Under the pieces are notes generated by a model, which saw only the letters and a list, made by a program, of their open reading frames with translations, was not told where the DNA came from and did not search any database. The position numbers were made by a program, and so were the translations under genes. Of a stretch of DNA of 64,000 nucleotides, positions 1 through 10,711 are shown piece after piece. Numbering within the stretch: the first letter of the stretch is position 1; each line of letters begins with the position of its first letter. The stretch lies in the IMG/VR virus record IMGVR_UViG_3300043411_001639, positions 92,733-156,732 of that record; one strand, given 5' to 3'. Origin of the DNA: a virus.

Positions 1-255
1 TACGACTACGGTGCTAACTTACAACCTTTAGCAACTGAATATTCAAACAAAGAAAACTACACAACAGATGCTATGGAAAGAATTAATACTTGTGTTACCA
101 AATATATGCCTTTTGTTCAACTTGAAGGATTTAGAGCAGAACCAAGATATAATGACAATCAATATGTTGGAGTAATTGACAACTACTTAGTTTATTCTGT
201 TTCCAGAGTGAATATTAACTCAAAAACTCTAGTTGTTAGAATTTTTGCTATTTAA
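1..255 (+). CDS. Baseplate wedge subunit, gp25/GPW-like (5' truncated by window edge)
   Basis: Frame 1 is open from base 1: YDYGANLQPLATE...ERINTCVTKYMPFVQL, matching the gp25 pattern '(D/E)(F/Y)G..L...I...I..(Y/W).P.V'; lies upstream of a gp6-like gene. Confidence 0.75.
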   Translation, partial: YDYGANLQPLATEYSNKENYTTDAMERINTCVTKYMPFVQLEGFRAEPRYNDNQYVGVIDNYLVYSVSRVNINSKTLVVRIFAI

Positions 256-272
256 AGTTTATACTCAAAGAT

Positions 273-371
273 ATGGCTAGAAGAAAAAAAAGAAGTCACT
301 ACAAAACAGGTGTTCATATCAGTAGCAAGTGTACTTCTGGTAAGATAAAATATAGAAGCGGGTGGGAATAA
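273..371 (+). pseudogene. Truncated duplicate of the 5' end of the head-completion nuclease gene (32 aa)
   Basis: Translates MARRKKRSHYKTGVHISSKCTSGKIKYRSGWE*, nearly identical to the N-terminus starting at 517 (MAKRRKHYITGTHVSSKCTSGKIKYRSGWE). Confidence 0.8.
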
Positions 372-544
372 CGGATCTGGTTGGGAAAATTTTTATAGAT
401 CATAATCATTTCAATAATCAACGAAGAGGTTTGTTGTGCAGGCAGTGTAATACTGCACTTGGAATGCTAAAAGAAAATGTTAACACAATAGAAAAAATGA
501 AAGAATATATTTTAAAATGGCAAAAAGAAGAAAACATTACATAA
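362..544 (+). pseudogene. C-terminal remnant of an endonuclease VII-family (HNH-fold) homing endonuclease
   Basis: IDHNH..N.RRGLLCRQCNTALG is the EndoVII signature (DHdH...vRGlLC..CN..lG); the N-terminal CxxC is missing. Confidence 0.8.
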
Positions 545-925
545 CTGGTACTCATGTTTCTAGCAAATGTACCTCTGGTAAGATAAAATACCGTAGCGGT
601 TGGGAGAGACAGGTAATTTTTTTTTTTAGATAATAATCCCCTAGTAGCTTCATATGGTTATGAATGTTTAAAAATTCCTTATGTAGCAAACTATAAAACA
701 GGCAAAATTAGAATCTATTTTCCTGATTTTTTAATCACTTATACTAATGGAGAAAGAAAACTTGTTGAAGTTAAAAGAATGGACAAGATAGGAACAGCTT
801 CTGTTATCAAGAAAAGTGCTGCCGCTAGAACTTGGTGTGATGGAAATAACGTTGTGTTTGAAATATGGTCAAATACAATTATAGAAGGAATCAGAAAGAT
901 TAATGAATCAAAGGGATTGAAATGA
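517..925 (+). CDS. Head completion protein, T4 gp4-like / TnsA-type PD-(D/E)xK nuclease, interrupted by a one-base frameshift at T11 (617-627)
   Basis: Frame 1 from ATG 517 gives YRSGWERQV; frame 2 after the T-run gives LDNNPLV..YGYE.LKIPY...YFPDFLI...LVEVK...WC.....FEIWS, ending TGA 923-925 overlapping the next ATG. Confidence 0.8.
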
Positions 926-1566
926 CAACAAGTAAACACCAATGTTTAGGATTAGACATCTCAACTAGTGTAGTAGGTTTTTGTACTCTTGCAGGAGAAG
1001 ACATTTGGGAGATAGAAGAAGATGGTGAGTTGATAGTTGAACAAGGAAGATTAGAAACTCTTGACGCTATCAAACTTACTGGTACTAAACTAGAAAATCT
1101 CTGGCAAAAAGCTGATTATGTTAGTGACTGGTTTTTCAACTGGAGATCAAAAAATCCAGATATAGTCATAACGAAGATATTTGTTGAAGAGAACGCTAAG
1201 AGATTTGCAGAGGGTTTTACAAGTGCTGATGTTATTTTAACTTTAGCTAAATTTAATGGTATCGTTAGTTACCTGGCACATAAAACCTTTGATGCAGAAG
1301 TTTTTAATATCAACGTAACCAAGGCAAGATCTGCTATTGGTTTTAAAAATAAACTTGATGGTGCAATAGATCCTTTAACAAAGAAAAAAATGACTGTTAA
1401 AGAAAAAGTATTTAATCATGTTATAGCACTTCATCCTGAGTTTCCTTGGAAAAAACATATAGCAAAATCAGGTAGTCATAAAGGAAATGAAGTTTTTGAT
1501 GACTGTTCAAGGGATATGTGTGATGCCTATGTTGTTTGTAAAGGTGGAATGTCTATAATTACATAA
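922..1566 (+). CDS. RuvC-like Holliday junction resolvase
   Basis: LGLDISTSVVG, IFVEE and D..DA motifs of the RuvC/RNase H fold. Confidence 0.8.
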   Translation: MTTSKHQCLGLDISTSVVGFCTLAGEDIWEIEEDGELIVEQGRLETLDAIKLTGTKLENLWQKADYVSDWFFNWRSKNPDIVITKIFVEENAKRFAEGFTSADVILTLAKFNGIVSYLAHKTFDAEVFNINVTKARSAIGFKNKLDGAIDPLTKKKMTVKEKVFNHVIALHPEFPWKKHIAKSGSHKGNEVFDDCSRDMCDAYVVCKGGMSIIT

Positions 1567-1567
1567 C

Positions 1568-3418
1568 ATGCCTATCAATGATTCTAGAAGACAGCAAATC
1601 AGAGAAAGAAAATATCTAAACAAAGATTTTGAAGGATTCTACAACGATCTTCAAGAATATTCAAGAACTTATTTTAATCAAGTAAATAAAGATTTGAGTG
1701 AAAACAGTGTAGGTGGAATGATGGTAGAGCTAGGAGCTTTCATAGGAGATAACCTTTCTTATTACCTTGATCATCAGTTTCAGGAACTTGACTATGAGAC
1801 CATGGTTGAACCAAAGAACATTGAGAGAGAACTAAAAAACTCAGGTGTTAAAATAGTAGGTTCAAGTCCTTCTGTACTTGACATAACTTTTTATTTTAAA
1901 ATTCCAAGCCTATCTGGAACAACTCCAACAACTTATGATCCAGCAGGTTTGCCTTGTGTACACATGGGAACTAAGTTTATTTCAGAATCAGGGGTTAGTT
2001 TTGAACTGATAGAAGATTTAGATTTTACAGAACTAGATTTTGCTGGAAACTATAAGTTTGATATTCTGATAGGAGAACAAGATCCTTCAACAAACAGACC
2101 TCTAAATTGGTTGATTTCAAGAACAGGAATAGCGGTATCAGGCCAGAGAGAAACAGAAAGTTTCTCTCTTGGTAGTTTTGAAGCTTTTAAACGAATAACT
2201 CTTTCTAAAGAAAATATAACAGAGGTTGTTTCGGTGTTTGATTCTGAAGGAAATGAATATTATCAGGTAGAAAACCTGACACATGCAAGTGTCTTTAAAA
2301 AGATAAGAAATATTAAACAAGACCAAGATGTGGTACCACACCATCTTGAAATAATTCCAGCACCTTATAGATTCACAGAAGAAACAAGTCTTAATACAAG
2401 ACTTACAACTTTGGTTTTTGGAGGAGGGAGTGCGGATAGGTATGAAACAGAAGATGATGATATCATTCCAGATCCAAGTGAATATGCTCTTCCACTTTAT
2501 GGTAAAAATACTGTTTCAAGATTTAGTATTAATCCTTCAAATCTATTAACAACTACAACTTTAGGGATATTAACTCCTAACACCACATTAACCATTGATT
2601 ATAGATATGGTGGTGGTTTATCTCATAATATTGAGAAAGAAACTATAAAATCAATTACTGATCTAAGAATAACATTTCCAAACAACCCTAGTCCTACTAT
2701 TTCAGCTCTGGTAGTGCAATCAGCAGATGCTAACAACCTAAAAAGAGCTTCAGGCGGAGAAGATCCTTTAACTTTAGAAGAACTGAAACAGAAGATTCCT
2801 TCTGAAAGAGCAGCACAATCTAGAATAGTAGAACAAAGAGATCTTCTAGCAAGGATCTATAAAATGCCCACTACTTTTGGGCGTGTATTTTCAGCTAGTG
2901 CTTGGCCCAACTTAAATAATCCTCTTGCTACAAGTTTGTTTGTAATTTGTAGAGATAGTAATAAAAACTATATTCAAGCGCCAGATACTCTGAAGAAAAA
3001 TCTTGCTTTATATCTTAATGAATATAGATTAACAAATGATTCAATTGATATTTTAGATGCTCAGGTAATAAACTTACAACTAAGATTTATAGTTAATTTA
3101 AGTCAAGGGTCAAACAAACAGTTAGTTTTGCAAACTATCATTCAAAAACTAAAGAAATATTTCTCTTCTGGAAACTTCAAGATTGATTATCCAATCTCTA
3201 TGGATGATGTAAGAAACCTTATTTATAACACTCAACATGTTGAATCAGTTGAGCAAATCATGTTTACTAACATAACAGGAATTAATGGAGAACTAGAATA
3301 TAGTTCAAATTATTTTGATCCTTCTGCCAATACCAAAAGAGGTTTGTTATATCCCCCTCAAGGTGGAGTGTTTGAAATAAAATATAAAGATATAGATATC
3401 ATAGGAACACCTGTATGA
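1568..3418 (+). CDS. Baseplate wedge protein, T4 gp6/Baseplate_J-like
   Basis: YLNKDFE...DLSENSVGGMMVELGAFIGD.LSYYLD N-terminus; FGGG, YRYGGG, ASGGEDP..LEELK, RIV...D motifs. Confidence 0.85.
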   Translation: MPINDSRRQQIRERKYLNKDFEGFYNDLQEYSRTYFNQVNKDLSENSVGGMMVELGAFIGDNLSYYLDHQFQELDYETMVEPKNIERELKNSGVKIVGSSPSVLDITFYFKIPSLSGTTPTTYDPAGLPCVHMGTKFISESGVSFELIEDLDFTELDFAGNYKFDILIGEQDPSTNRPLNWLISRTGIAVSGQRETESFSLGSFEAFKRITLSKENITEVVSVFDSEGNEYYQVENLTHASVFKKIRNIKQDQDVVPHHLEIIPAPYRFTEETSLNTRLTTLVFGGGSADRYETEDDDIIPDPSEYALPLYGKNTVSRFSINPSNLLTTTTLGILTPNTTLTIDYRYGGGLSHNIEKETIKSITDLRITFPNNPSPTISALVVQSADANNLKRASGGEDPLTLEELKQKIPSERAAQSRIVEQRDLLARIYKMPTTFGRVFSASAWPNLNNPLATSLFVICRDSNKNYIQAPDTLKKNLALYLNEYRLTNDSIDILDAQVINLQLRFIVNLSQGSNKQLVLQTIIQKLKKYFSSGNFKIDYPISMDDVRNLIYNTQHVESVEQIMFTNITGINGELEYSSNYFDPSANTKRGLLYPPQGGVFEIKYKDIDIIGTPV

Positions 3419-4965
3419 CTGTTAGAATATTTGACTGTATAGCTGACACGTATATTACAAACAAATATATTAACAACACTATGGTATCTCAGTCAAACAC
3501 AGGAATGGCTGGAACAATAGACTTATTTAAACTTTATGACGAGACTTCAGTTCCTGGTTTGACAGGTTCGGTTATAGTGGAACAATCAAGAGCATTGTTA
3601 AAGTTTGATCTTACGAGTTTAATATCTAGTTCTTTTGTTCCAACAAACGGTTTTAGATGTTTTTTAAAACTATCTGACATATATTCTGGTCAACCTGTAC
3701 CTTCTAATTTTAGTTTACAGTTGTTTCCTCTAGCAAAAGAGTTTGTTGAAGGGAGAGGAATGGATGTTGTTAGTTTTAGAGATAAAGATTTTACTAACTG
3801 GACAACTGCTTCTTCGGGAATAATCTGGACTGTTTCTGGTGCTGGTAGTTCAGGAAGTTTAACAAGTTCAAATATTGATTATTTTTACACTCCTAGTGCC
3901 ACTCAGTATTTTTCAAGAGGTGATGAACAACTTTTGATGGATGTTACCAGTTTAGTATCTGGAGTTGTTGACGGAACTATTCCAAACTATGGTTTTAGAC
4001 TAGGTTTCACCCAGGCCAATGAACAAGATGCTTACACTTATTTTGTTAAACGTTTTTATTCTAGACATGCACTGGACAAATCAAAAAAACCAAAGATTTT
4101 GTTTTATGATGATAATTCAAAACAAGACGGGTTTTTATCTACTTGGTTTGGTGTGTCTAGCTCTGTTTATCTTTATAACAATAAGATTGATAATACATAC
4201 AGAAATTTTAAATCAGGAGCCCTTGATTTAACTGGTAGCAACTGTATGAAATTGTTGTTGCTAAGTTCTAAAAGCATTAATATAACTACAAGTAGTTGGA
4301 GTGATAGTTTCAGTTCTAGTATTACTTACGTGACTAGTTCTGTTAGTTACTTTTCCAGTTCTTTCAATGTTTCTCAAGTATCAACAGGAATATATTCCAG
4401 TTCTCTAATTCTTGATCCACAGGCCGATAGTTCCCTTCAAATATTTATTACTGGTTTGGGGTCACAGATATTTTTCAAGCCTATCTGGACCTCTTCTGAT
4501 GAGACTGTTGTGTATAGAACGGGTAGTTATTATCTTCCAGTATTAAAAAATGAAGGTAGTTCTACTGAAGCAGAAACAGATGAGGGTTATATAGTTTCTT
4601 TGCCTAATCTTAAAGAGACATATACTTCAAGAACAGAAACCCGTGTCCGAGTGTTGTTAAATAAATTTGGTGGGTTGCCTATATCAAACTATTTCAAAGT
4701 ACAAAACATTAATCAACCAAAATCAATAGTTGTTTCTTCAATGCATTGGAGACTTAAAAAGGCTTTTACAAACGAAGTTTTGTTTGATTTTGATACAACC
4801 CACAATGGAACAAAGCTATCCTCTGATAATGAAGGAATGTGGTTTGTTTTATATTGCCAAGACTTGTTGGTAGGTCAAGTATACGAGATAGAGTTCCTAA
4901 TAGATCAACCTATTAACAAAACATTTATACTCAACCAAGGTTTTAGATTCAAAATAATTGAATAG
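3415..4965 (+). CDS. Putative baseplate/virion protein with DNRLRE-like N-terminal domain
   Basis: ADTYI...SRALLKFDL...MDVTSLV...NYGF...KPK pattern; directly follows the gp6-like gene. Confidence 0.55.
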   Translation: MTVRIFDCIADTYITNKYINNTMVSQSNTGMAGTIDLFKLYDETSVPGLTGSVIVEQSRALLKFDLTSLISSSFVPTNGFRCFLKLSDIYSGQPVPSNFSLQLFPLAKEFVEGRGMDVVSFRDKDFTNWTTASSGIIWTVSGAGSSGSLTSSNIDYFYTPSATQYFSRGDEQLLMDVTSLVSGVVDGTIPNYGFRLGFTQANEQDAYTYFVKRFYSRHALDKSKKPKILFYDDNSKQDGFLSTWFGVSSSVYLYNNKIDNTYRNFKSGALDLTGSNCMKLLLLSSKSINITTSSWSDSFSSSITYVTSSVSYFSSSFNVSQVSTGIYSSSLILDPQADSSLQIFITGLGSQIFFKPIWTSSDETVVYRTGSYYLPVLKNEGSSTEAETDEGYIVSLPNLKETYTSRTETRVRVLLNKFGGLPISNYFKVQNINQPKSIVVSSMHWRLKKAFTNEVLFDFDTTHNGTKLSSDNEGMWFVLYCQDLLVGQVYEIEFLIDQPINKTFILNQGFRFKIIE

Positions 4966-4989
4966 TGTATTTAACAATACATAAATTCT

Positions 4990-7900
4990 ATGCCTGAACT
5001 AAACAGATCATTTTCAACCCCTGTTGTAACCAGGAGACAAAACAATATTAATAATAGAACAGGTATTTTAGAGAATGTTAGTTATTCTCAGATATCAGGT
5101 TCAAGTTTTGGTAGTTCGGGTAGTTTTAGATATGATATTCCCGGTTCTGGTTTGAAATCAACTCAAGAGCTCAATGTTAATTGGTCTGAATTTAAAAACC
5201 ATGTTTTTTTTAACTCTGCACAAATAAAAACAAATGCTGCTATTCAAAAAATATTTGATGGATTTCCTTTTGATGGTTCAAAACAAGAATATGAACTGTT
5301 TTTTGATGGGATGACAGGATATGAAAAATGGATCTACGATCAGTTTCCAAAGAATGTTGGTTATATGTTTTTCTCAGGTACTAACGGTACGGAGCTAACA
5401 GAAGGAACTTACATAACAGTTAAAGATCAGGCGGGGTTACTGAACTCTGGAAGCTCAACAAATATATCAGGCAGACAGTTTTTAAATCCTGGTATAAGTT
5501 CAGATCTAATGATTGAATTCCAGTTGTTTATACCGCCAGTATCAAACTCAAATCAAATCATTTTACAAAAACTAAACAACATACAAAATTGTGGTTATCA
5601 AATTTGTCTACATGAAACAGGTTCTATAAATGAAACTTCAATAAGTTTTACTGTTGTTTCAAGTTCACAAACCTTAACCACTGAATCAAATAAATTAATA
5701 GTAAACAAGAACCAGTTCAATCATCTTTGTTTCTTTTGGCAAAGAGCCTCAAATAGTTTGTTTTGTTATAACAACCATCAGCTTTTGTCAACAAGTTCAA
5801 TGCCTGTTCTGATATCCAGTCTTGATTTTAACAGTTATGATTTATTGATTGGATCAGGAACAACAAACAGAAACACGGGATTTACTCCAAAAAATACTTT
5901 GTCCGGTGCTATGGATGAATTAAGAATTTGGCACAAATTTGTTTCTTCTGATCTTAGACAGAAGAATGAAAAAAGAAATGTTTATGCTCAACCCAATTTA
6001 AATCTTTATTTTAAATTTAATGAACCTTCTGGCAGTAATTCCAAACTAATTCTTGACTATTCGGGCAACAGTCTTCATGGAGAGTTATCACAACATGGAT
6101 TTGGTTTAGGGGTAGGAAACGTTGCAACAGGAAGCATAGCAGGAAGTTCACCTTTAGTAGCTGAAAAACCAGAACTAAACCCCAACTTGTTTTCCGTAAC
6201 AACAGAGTTTGCAACACTAACTTCTAGTTTATTAACTACTGCCAAAACCTACGATAATAACAATCCTAGCTGGATCTTAAATCTTGTTCCTTCACATTTT
6301 TTTCTTGATGGAGATTACGAAGAAGCATTAGCTACGACAGATGGTGAACTCCTAGAAGGAATAAACTTCTTTGGTTTCAATAAAGCAACCATGAAACAAA
6401 GCCAAGTGTTATTATTAGTGTTGTATCTTTGGGCTAAATTCTTTGATGAACTAAAGTTAATGATTGATAGTTTTGCTTATCTCAACTATGTTGATTTTAT
6501 AGAAGAAGACACAATTCCAGATAAATTTCTTCAGTTTTTTGCTAAGAGACAGGGATTTGACCTTCCAACTTTGTTTAATAACAGTTCTCTTACGCAGTTC
6601 ATAGATGGAGAAGACCTTTTGAACAGCGATTTTGGGTTTGGCACCTCTCTTAAAACTATCCAGTATAAAATCTGGAGAAGAATACTATCCAATATTCAAG
6701 ACATTAAAAAATCAAAAGGAACTATTCATTCAATCAAATCTTTTATCAGATCAGTTGGAATTGAACCTGACAATAACTTTAGGATTAGAGAACGTGGTGG
6801 TCCTTTAAAAACAAATCTTTCATTCTCAAAACAAAACAAGAGTGAAGTCATGAAACAGATAAATTTTATATCAGGAGGTTTATTGACCTCTCCTTATCTG
6901 TCAAGCTCAAGAACTTCTACAGAACTAGGATTTCCTGGTATTGCTAACATTCCAAGTGATGGATTGTTAACTTCTGGTAGTTGGTCTTTTGAACTAATGT
7001 TTCAAGTGCCACGAAATGGTGCAAACACATATTCAAGTCAATCATTAGCAAGGTGGTTTACAACAGGAAGTTTGGGTAAATGTTTAATAGCAGATATTCA
7101 AATAGTATCAAGCTCAGGTCTTACAGTTTTCTTTAATCCTTTGGTTGATACAACCCCTGTTTCAATGTCAGTCAGTTTTGATCCTATGGATAATAATATT
7201 TGGAATCTTTGTTTTTCAAAACAAAGAGCTGACCAGTTAGGATTTAACAGTTCCAGCTATCAACTAAGAGTTGCAAGAAATTCATTTGGAAAAATTGAAA
7301 CTTGTTATTCTTCTAGTTTGTTTATCAATGATTCCAATAATAATGTCTTTAGTTTTTTATCTAGTTCAACAAATGCTTCTGGCAGTTGGTTTGAAATTGG
7401 AAGTTCTTCTATAACAAACATTAATACCGGAAGTTTTATGTCAAGTCTCAGTTTTACCGATAGAGTTTTCAATGGAAAACTATCGCAGATAAGATTTTGG
7501 TCTAAGTATCTAACAGATGTTGAGTGGTTTGAACATGTTACTAATCCTAAATCTATTGGAACTTTAAACCCAATAGTAAACTATGGGTTTAACACAAAAA
7601 TAACAGGCAGTTTTGAACGTTTAAGAATTCATGCTCATGTAGATCAACCTGTTACTTCTTCAAATACTTCTGGTGAGATATTATTAACTGATTTCTCACA
7701 AAACAATCTGACTCTTTCTGGTACTAGTTTTCCTATAAATTCCGTTGTAGTACAGCCAAAATTATTTTATTACTCATATGTTAACCCTTACTATGATGAT
7801 CTTTCAACAACAAACAAGGTAAGAATCAGAAGTTTTATCAGTGGTTCCTCTTTTGAAAACAATCAAGAACAACACTATGCTCAACAAGGAAAAGTTTATG

Positions 7901-8352
7901 AACTAAATCCTAATGAGTTAGTACAAGACAACGCAGTGCTATCAATTGACTACTCCGCAGTTGATGCTCTAAATCAGGACATAGCAAATATGTTTGGAAC
8001 ACTAGAACTCATTAATAATTCAATTGGAGCCCCTGAATTGATGTTTTCCCCTGATTATCCAGATCTTGAGTTTTTACAAAAGATTTATTTTAACAACCTA
8101 GTTGATCCAATAAATCTTAAAAACTGTTTTGATTTTTATAAATGGTTTGATATTAGTTTTGGTGATTTTATTAAACAACTGATACCAAGAAAAACAAAGT
8201 ATTTTGGAATCAACTTTGTCTTAGAATCTCATATGTTAGAACGTCCAAAATTTGAATATAGTTTTGGTGATAGCTATGTTGGTGAATCAAACAGAGATCC
8301 AAGTTCAACTCTTACACTACAGTTCTTTAGAGGAAAAATAAATAGATCATGA
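4990..8352 (+). CDS. Large baseplate protein with LamG/concanavalin domains and a P2 gpI/gp7-like segment
   Basis: SGAMDELRIW, LYFKFNE...ILDYSGNSLHG and FNGKLSQIRFW (LamG); IKKSKGTIHSIKSFIRSVG (tail_P2_I-like). Confidence 0.7.
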   Translation: MPELNRSFSTPVVTRRQNNINNRTGILENVSYSQISGSSFGSSGSFRYDIPGSGLKSTQELNVNWSEFKNHVFFNSAQIKTNAAIQKIFDGFPFDGSKQEYELFFDGMTGYEKWIYDQFPKNVGYMFFSGTNGTELTEGTYITVKDQAGLLNSGSSTNISGRQFLNPGISSDLMIEFQLFIPPVSNSNQIILQKLNNIQNCGYQICLHETGSINETSISFTVVSSSQTLTTESNKLIVNKNQFNHLCFFWQRASNSLFCYNNHQLLSTSSMPVLISSLDFNSYDLLIGSGTTNRNTGFTPKNTLSGAMDELRIWHKFVSSDLRQKNEKRNVYAQPNLNLYFKFNEPSGSNSKLILDYSGNSLHGELSQHGFGLGVGNVATGSIAGSSPLVAEKPELNPNLFSVTTEFATLTSSLLTTAKTYDNNNPSWILNLVPSHFFLDGDYEEALATTDGELLEGINFFGFNKATMKQSQVLLLVLYLWAKFFDELKLMIDSFAYLNYVDFIEEDTIPDKFLQFFAKRQGFDLPTLFNNSSLTQFIDGEDLLNSDFGFGTSLKTIQYKIWRRILSNIQDIKKSKGTIHSIKSFIRSVGIEPDNNFRIRERGGPLKTNLSFSKQNKSEVMKQINFISGGLLTSPYLSSSRTSTELGFPGIANIPSDGLLTSGSWSFELMFQVPRNGANTYSSQSLARWFTTGSLGKCLIADIQIVSSSGLTVFFNPLVDTTPVSMSVSFDPMDNNIWNLCFSKQRADQLGFNSSSYQLRVARNSFGKIETCYSSSLFINDSNNNVFSFLSSSTNASGSWFEIGSSSITNINTGSFMSSLSFTDRVFNGKLSQIRFWSKYLTDVEWFEHVTNPKSIGTLNPIVNYGFNTKITGSFERLRIHAHVDQPVTSSNTSGEILLTDFSQNNLTLSGTSFPINSVVVQPKLFYYSYVNPYYDDLSTTNKVRIRSFISGSSFENNQEQHYAQQGKVYELNPNELVQDNAVLSIDYSAVDALNQDIANMFGTLELINNSIGAPELMFSPDYPDLEFLQKIYFNNLVDPINLKNCFDFYKWFDISFGDFIKQLIPRKTKYFGINFVLESHMLERPKFEYSFGDSYVGESNRDPSSTLTLQFFRGKINRS

Positions 8353-9131
8353 GTGTTTTCTTAAGTCACCATACATCCTATTCAATTAAACCATTTGATG
8401 ATCTTGAATCAAGTCAGTTAAATAGAAAAAACGGAACTGTTACTAATAACTTTAATGGAGTTTACGATAGATCAAGACAAGGAACTGAAATAAGAACTGT
8501 TGAAGATATATTAAAAACCAACCAACCAAAACTAAGATCAAGGGGTTTATTTAACACAATTGATAGTTTTGGCAAAGTAACTCATGAACAAAAACTAAAC
8601 AACATAGGATCAGTACAAAGTTTTGTTGAATATACAAATCAAAAGTTTTATAATGATCTCCAAGAAGAACTTCTTCCTGAAAAGTTTATTGAAAACAATC
8701 AGAATGTCTATTACCCATTCTATATGAACTCTGGATTGTATAAAATTGAAAGATGCACAGTAGAAATACTACAATCTTATCCTAGTAGATTCCCAGAGTC
8801 ATCTATAGGGTTTGGAACAACCAGAGGAAAAAATTATGAGCAATTTTCCATTAACACAACCTGTTTTCTTGATGAGGGAGAAGAGTTTTTAGGGGATACA
8901 TTGTCTGGATCTATTGTGTTTGAAGGTTGGTTAGCTCCTGTTAGCAACAGTATACAATGTTATTTTGAACAAGATCCTACTACAACTTGGGTAGAAAACT
9001 TGACTATTACTGACCAACAAATGAAGAATAGTTTAAACTCATTAACAGCTTCATGTCTTGAAACAAATTTAGTAATAAACCTTAACAAGAGAACAAGTGT
9101 TGTTTTTGATGGCTGGAGGAAAGGAAGTTAA
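8349..9131 (+). CDS. Hypothetical virion protein
   Basis: 260 aa ORF coupled (ATGA overlap) within the baseplate operon. Confidence 0.5.
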   Translation: MSVFLSHHTSYSIKPFDDLESSQLNRKNGTVTNNFNGVYDRSRQGTEIRTVEDILKTNQPKLRSRGLFNTIDSFGKVTHEQKLNNIGSVQSFVEYTNQKFYNDLQEELLPEKFIENNQNVYYPFYMNSGLYKIERCTVEILQSYPSRFPESSIGFGTTRGKNYEQFSINTTCFLDEGEEFLGDTLSGSIVFEGWLAPVSNSIQCYFEQDPTTTWVENLTITDQQMKNSLNSLTASCLETNLVINLNKRTSVVFDGWRKGS

Positions 9132-9136
9132 AATTA

Positions 9137-10711
9137 ATGAGAACAGAAAAAGGTACTAGATTAAAGTTTCTACCTCCAAAACATCAATTACAACAGCAAA
9201 GAATAAAACCCAAAAGAACTAGATTTAGTTTTATTGATGATGAAGTAGTTGATTTTAATGTTTCTGGAACTATTAATGCTGGAAATGGTTTGATATCAGG
9301 GAGTCAGTTTTTGATAGGACTAGACGTTCATACAACCCTTAATATCCCAGATGGAGTTGTAAGACAAGATTCAGTTGAATCAATTATTAAAATTCCATTG
9401 AATATTTCTGGTGCAGTCCTACCATTTAAAGACAATGAAATTCCCGAAATTGATAACTCAGCCAATAGTTTTTATACCACTGGCAGTAGAGTTATAGATA
9501 TGGGGGATGGATTTCTGTCTCCTTTGTATAACAAGGTTAAATTTGAGATTGATTTAACTCCTAGTTCTAATACTAGTTTTGGTATGCAAAACTATCTTAG
9601 TGGTTCCAATAATTTTGTAATGAGTTATTGGAACCATTTTTTAAACAGATATGAAGGCATAGGATCAGGAACAGAGTTTAATGCTTATACTAGCAGTTCT
9701 GCTAGTTTGTTGGATTTTCTTACAGGCAGTGCAATAAGTTTTGGAGGTTCTACGGGTGGTAGTCCTTTGTTGGGGGATCTTTCAGGTTCTCAGATACTTG
9801 CCAATCCAATAAACACTTTTGGTTTCCCAGGTTGGTCTACTTATGAAGCTTCAAGTTCACAACTATATTCTCTTTCAACTAAAATTAAAGAACCATTCCT
9901 ACTTGAGAAAGTTGTTTTGTATTTTAGTGGTAGTTTAAATGGCCACAACTATGCTTGGGCAGGAGAAGCTTGTATTACAACTTTTTTTATATTAAATCAA
10001 AGAAAAACATTTATTAACAAACTTGAAAACACTGTTTATTATATTTCTTCTGGTTCTACAAGTGTTGGTTCCATGGTTTTATCTCAAAGTAGTTTAACCA
10101 CAACAAGAGATTTGATAACTTGGTTACAGTTGTCAAGGCAATCTTCAATCTTAGACCCAGTTGGATTACAAAGAGAATACTATTATCCAGATCCAGGAGT
10201 AAGAAATAGTTTACAAGGTGAATTCAGTCAACAGTTTATAGTTTCGGGAAATGTTAAATCACCTTTCTCTTATGCTCCTTCTATTAGTTTTCTTGTGGAT
10301 TCAAGCAGAAAAACACAGGGTATTCTTGAAAACTATAATGTATCTGGCAGAAATATGATAAATGACTTGGGGCGTAGTTGGAAAAATCCTTGGTTAAGTT
10401 CACAAAATTATATAAATGGTTTGTTTGTTGATCATTATCTCACAGAAAGAACAGCAAACATATCAAAAGAATATTCACAAAATATACCTTATCTGTTATT
10501 ACCAACAGATAAGTTAATATTTGGGTGGTGTTTGCCAACAGAATTATATTATTGGAGTCATGACAATGCTGATCCAATTTTTATAGGGGCCGGGCCAGCA
10601 TTAACAGGTAGTAATCAGGGGGTTAATAAAATAGTTTTCTATGGTTCTTACCTTTCAGCCAACAAAGAACGTCTAACCGAAACACAAGAGGTTATAAAAT
10701 ATGGAATTTGA
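9137..10711 (+). CDS. Ser/Gly-rich putative virion protein
   Basis: 524 aa ORF with many SGS/TGS motifs in the structural cluster. Confidence 0.55.
   Translation: MRTEKGTRLKFLPPKHQLQQQRIKPKRTRFSFIDDEVVDFNVSGTINAGNGLISGSQFLIGLDVHTTLNIPDGVVRQDSVESIIKIPLNISGAVLPFKDNEIPEIDNSANSFYTTGSRVIDMGDGFLSPLYNKVKFEIDLTPSSNTSFGMQNYLSGSNNFVMSYWNHFLNRYEGIGSGTEFNAYTSSSASLLDFLTGSAISFGGSTGGSPLLGDLSGSQILANPINTFGFPGWSTYEASSSQLYSLSTKIKEPFLLEKVVLYFSGSLNGHNYAWAGEACITTFFILNQRKTFINKLENTVYYISSGSTSVGSMVLSQSSLTTTRDLITWLQLSRQSSILDPVGLQREYYYPDPGVRNSLQGEFSQQFIVSGNVKSPFSYAPSISFLVDSSRKTQGILENYNVSGRNMINDLGRSWKNPWLSSQNYINGLFVDHYLTERTANISKEYSQNIPYLLLPTDKLIFGWCLPTELYYWSHDNADPIFIGAGPALTGSNQGVNKIVFYGSYLSANKERLTETQEVIKYGI

Noticed and set aside
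366-630. T4 gene 60-style ribosomal bypass from GAA-TAA to the downstream copy
   Set aside because: The downstream copy has its own ATG and full N-terminus; no matching in-frame landing codon or take-off hairpin was seen
739-942. Minus-strand 67 aa ORF
   Set aside because: Shadow of the frameshifted gp4-like gene on the plus strand
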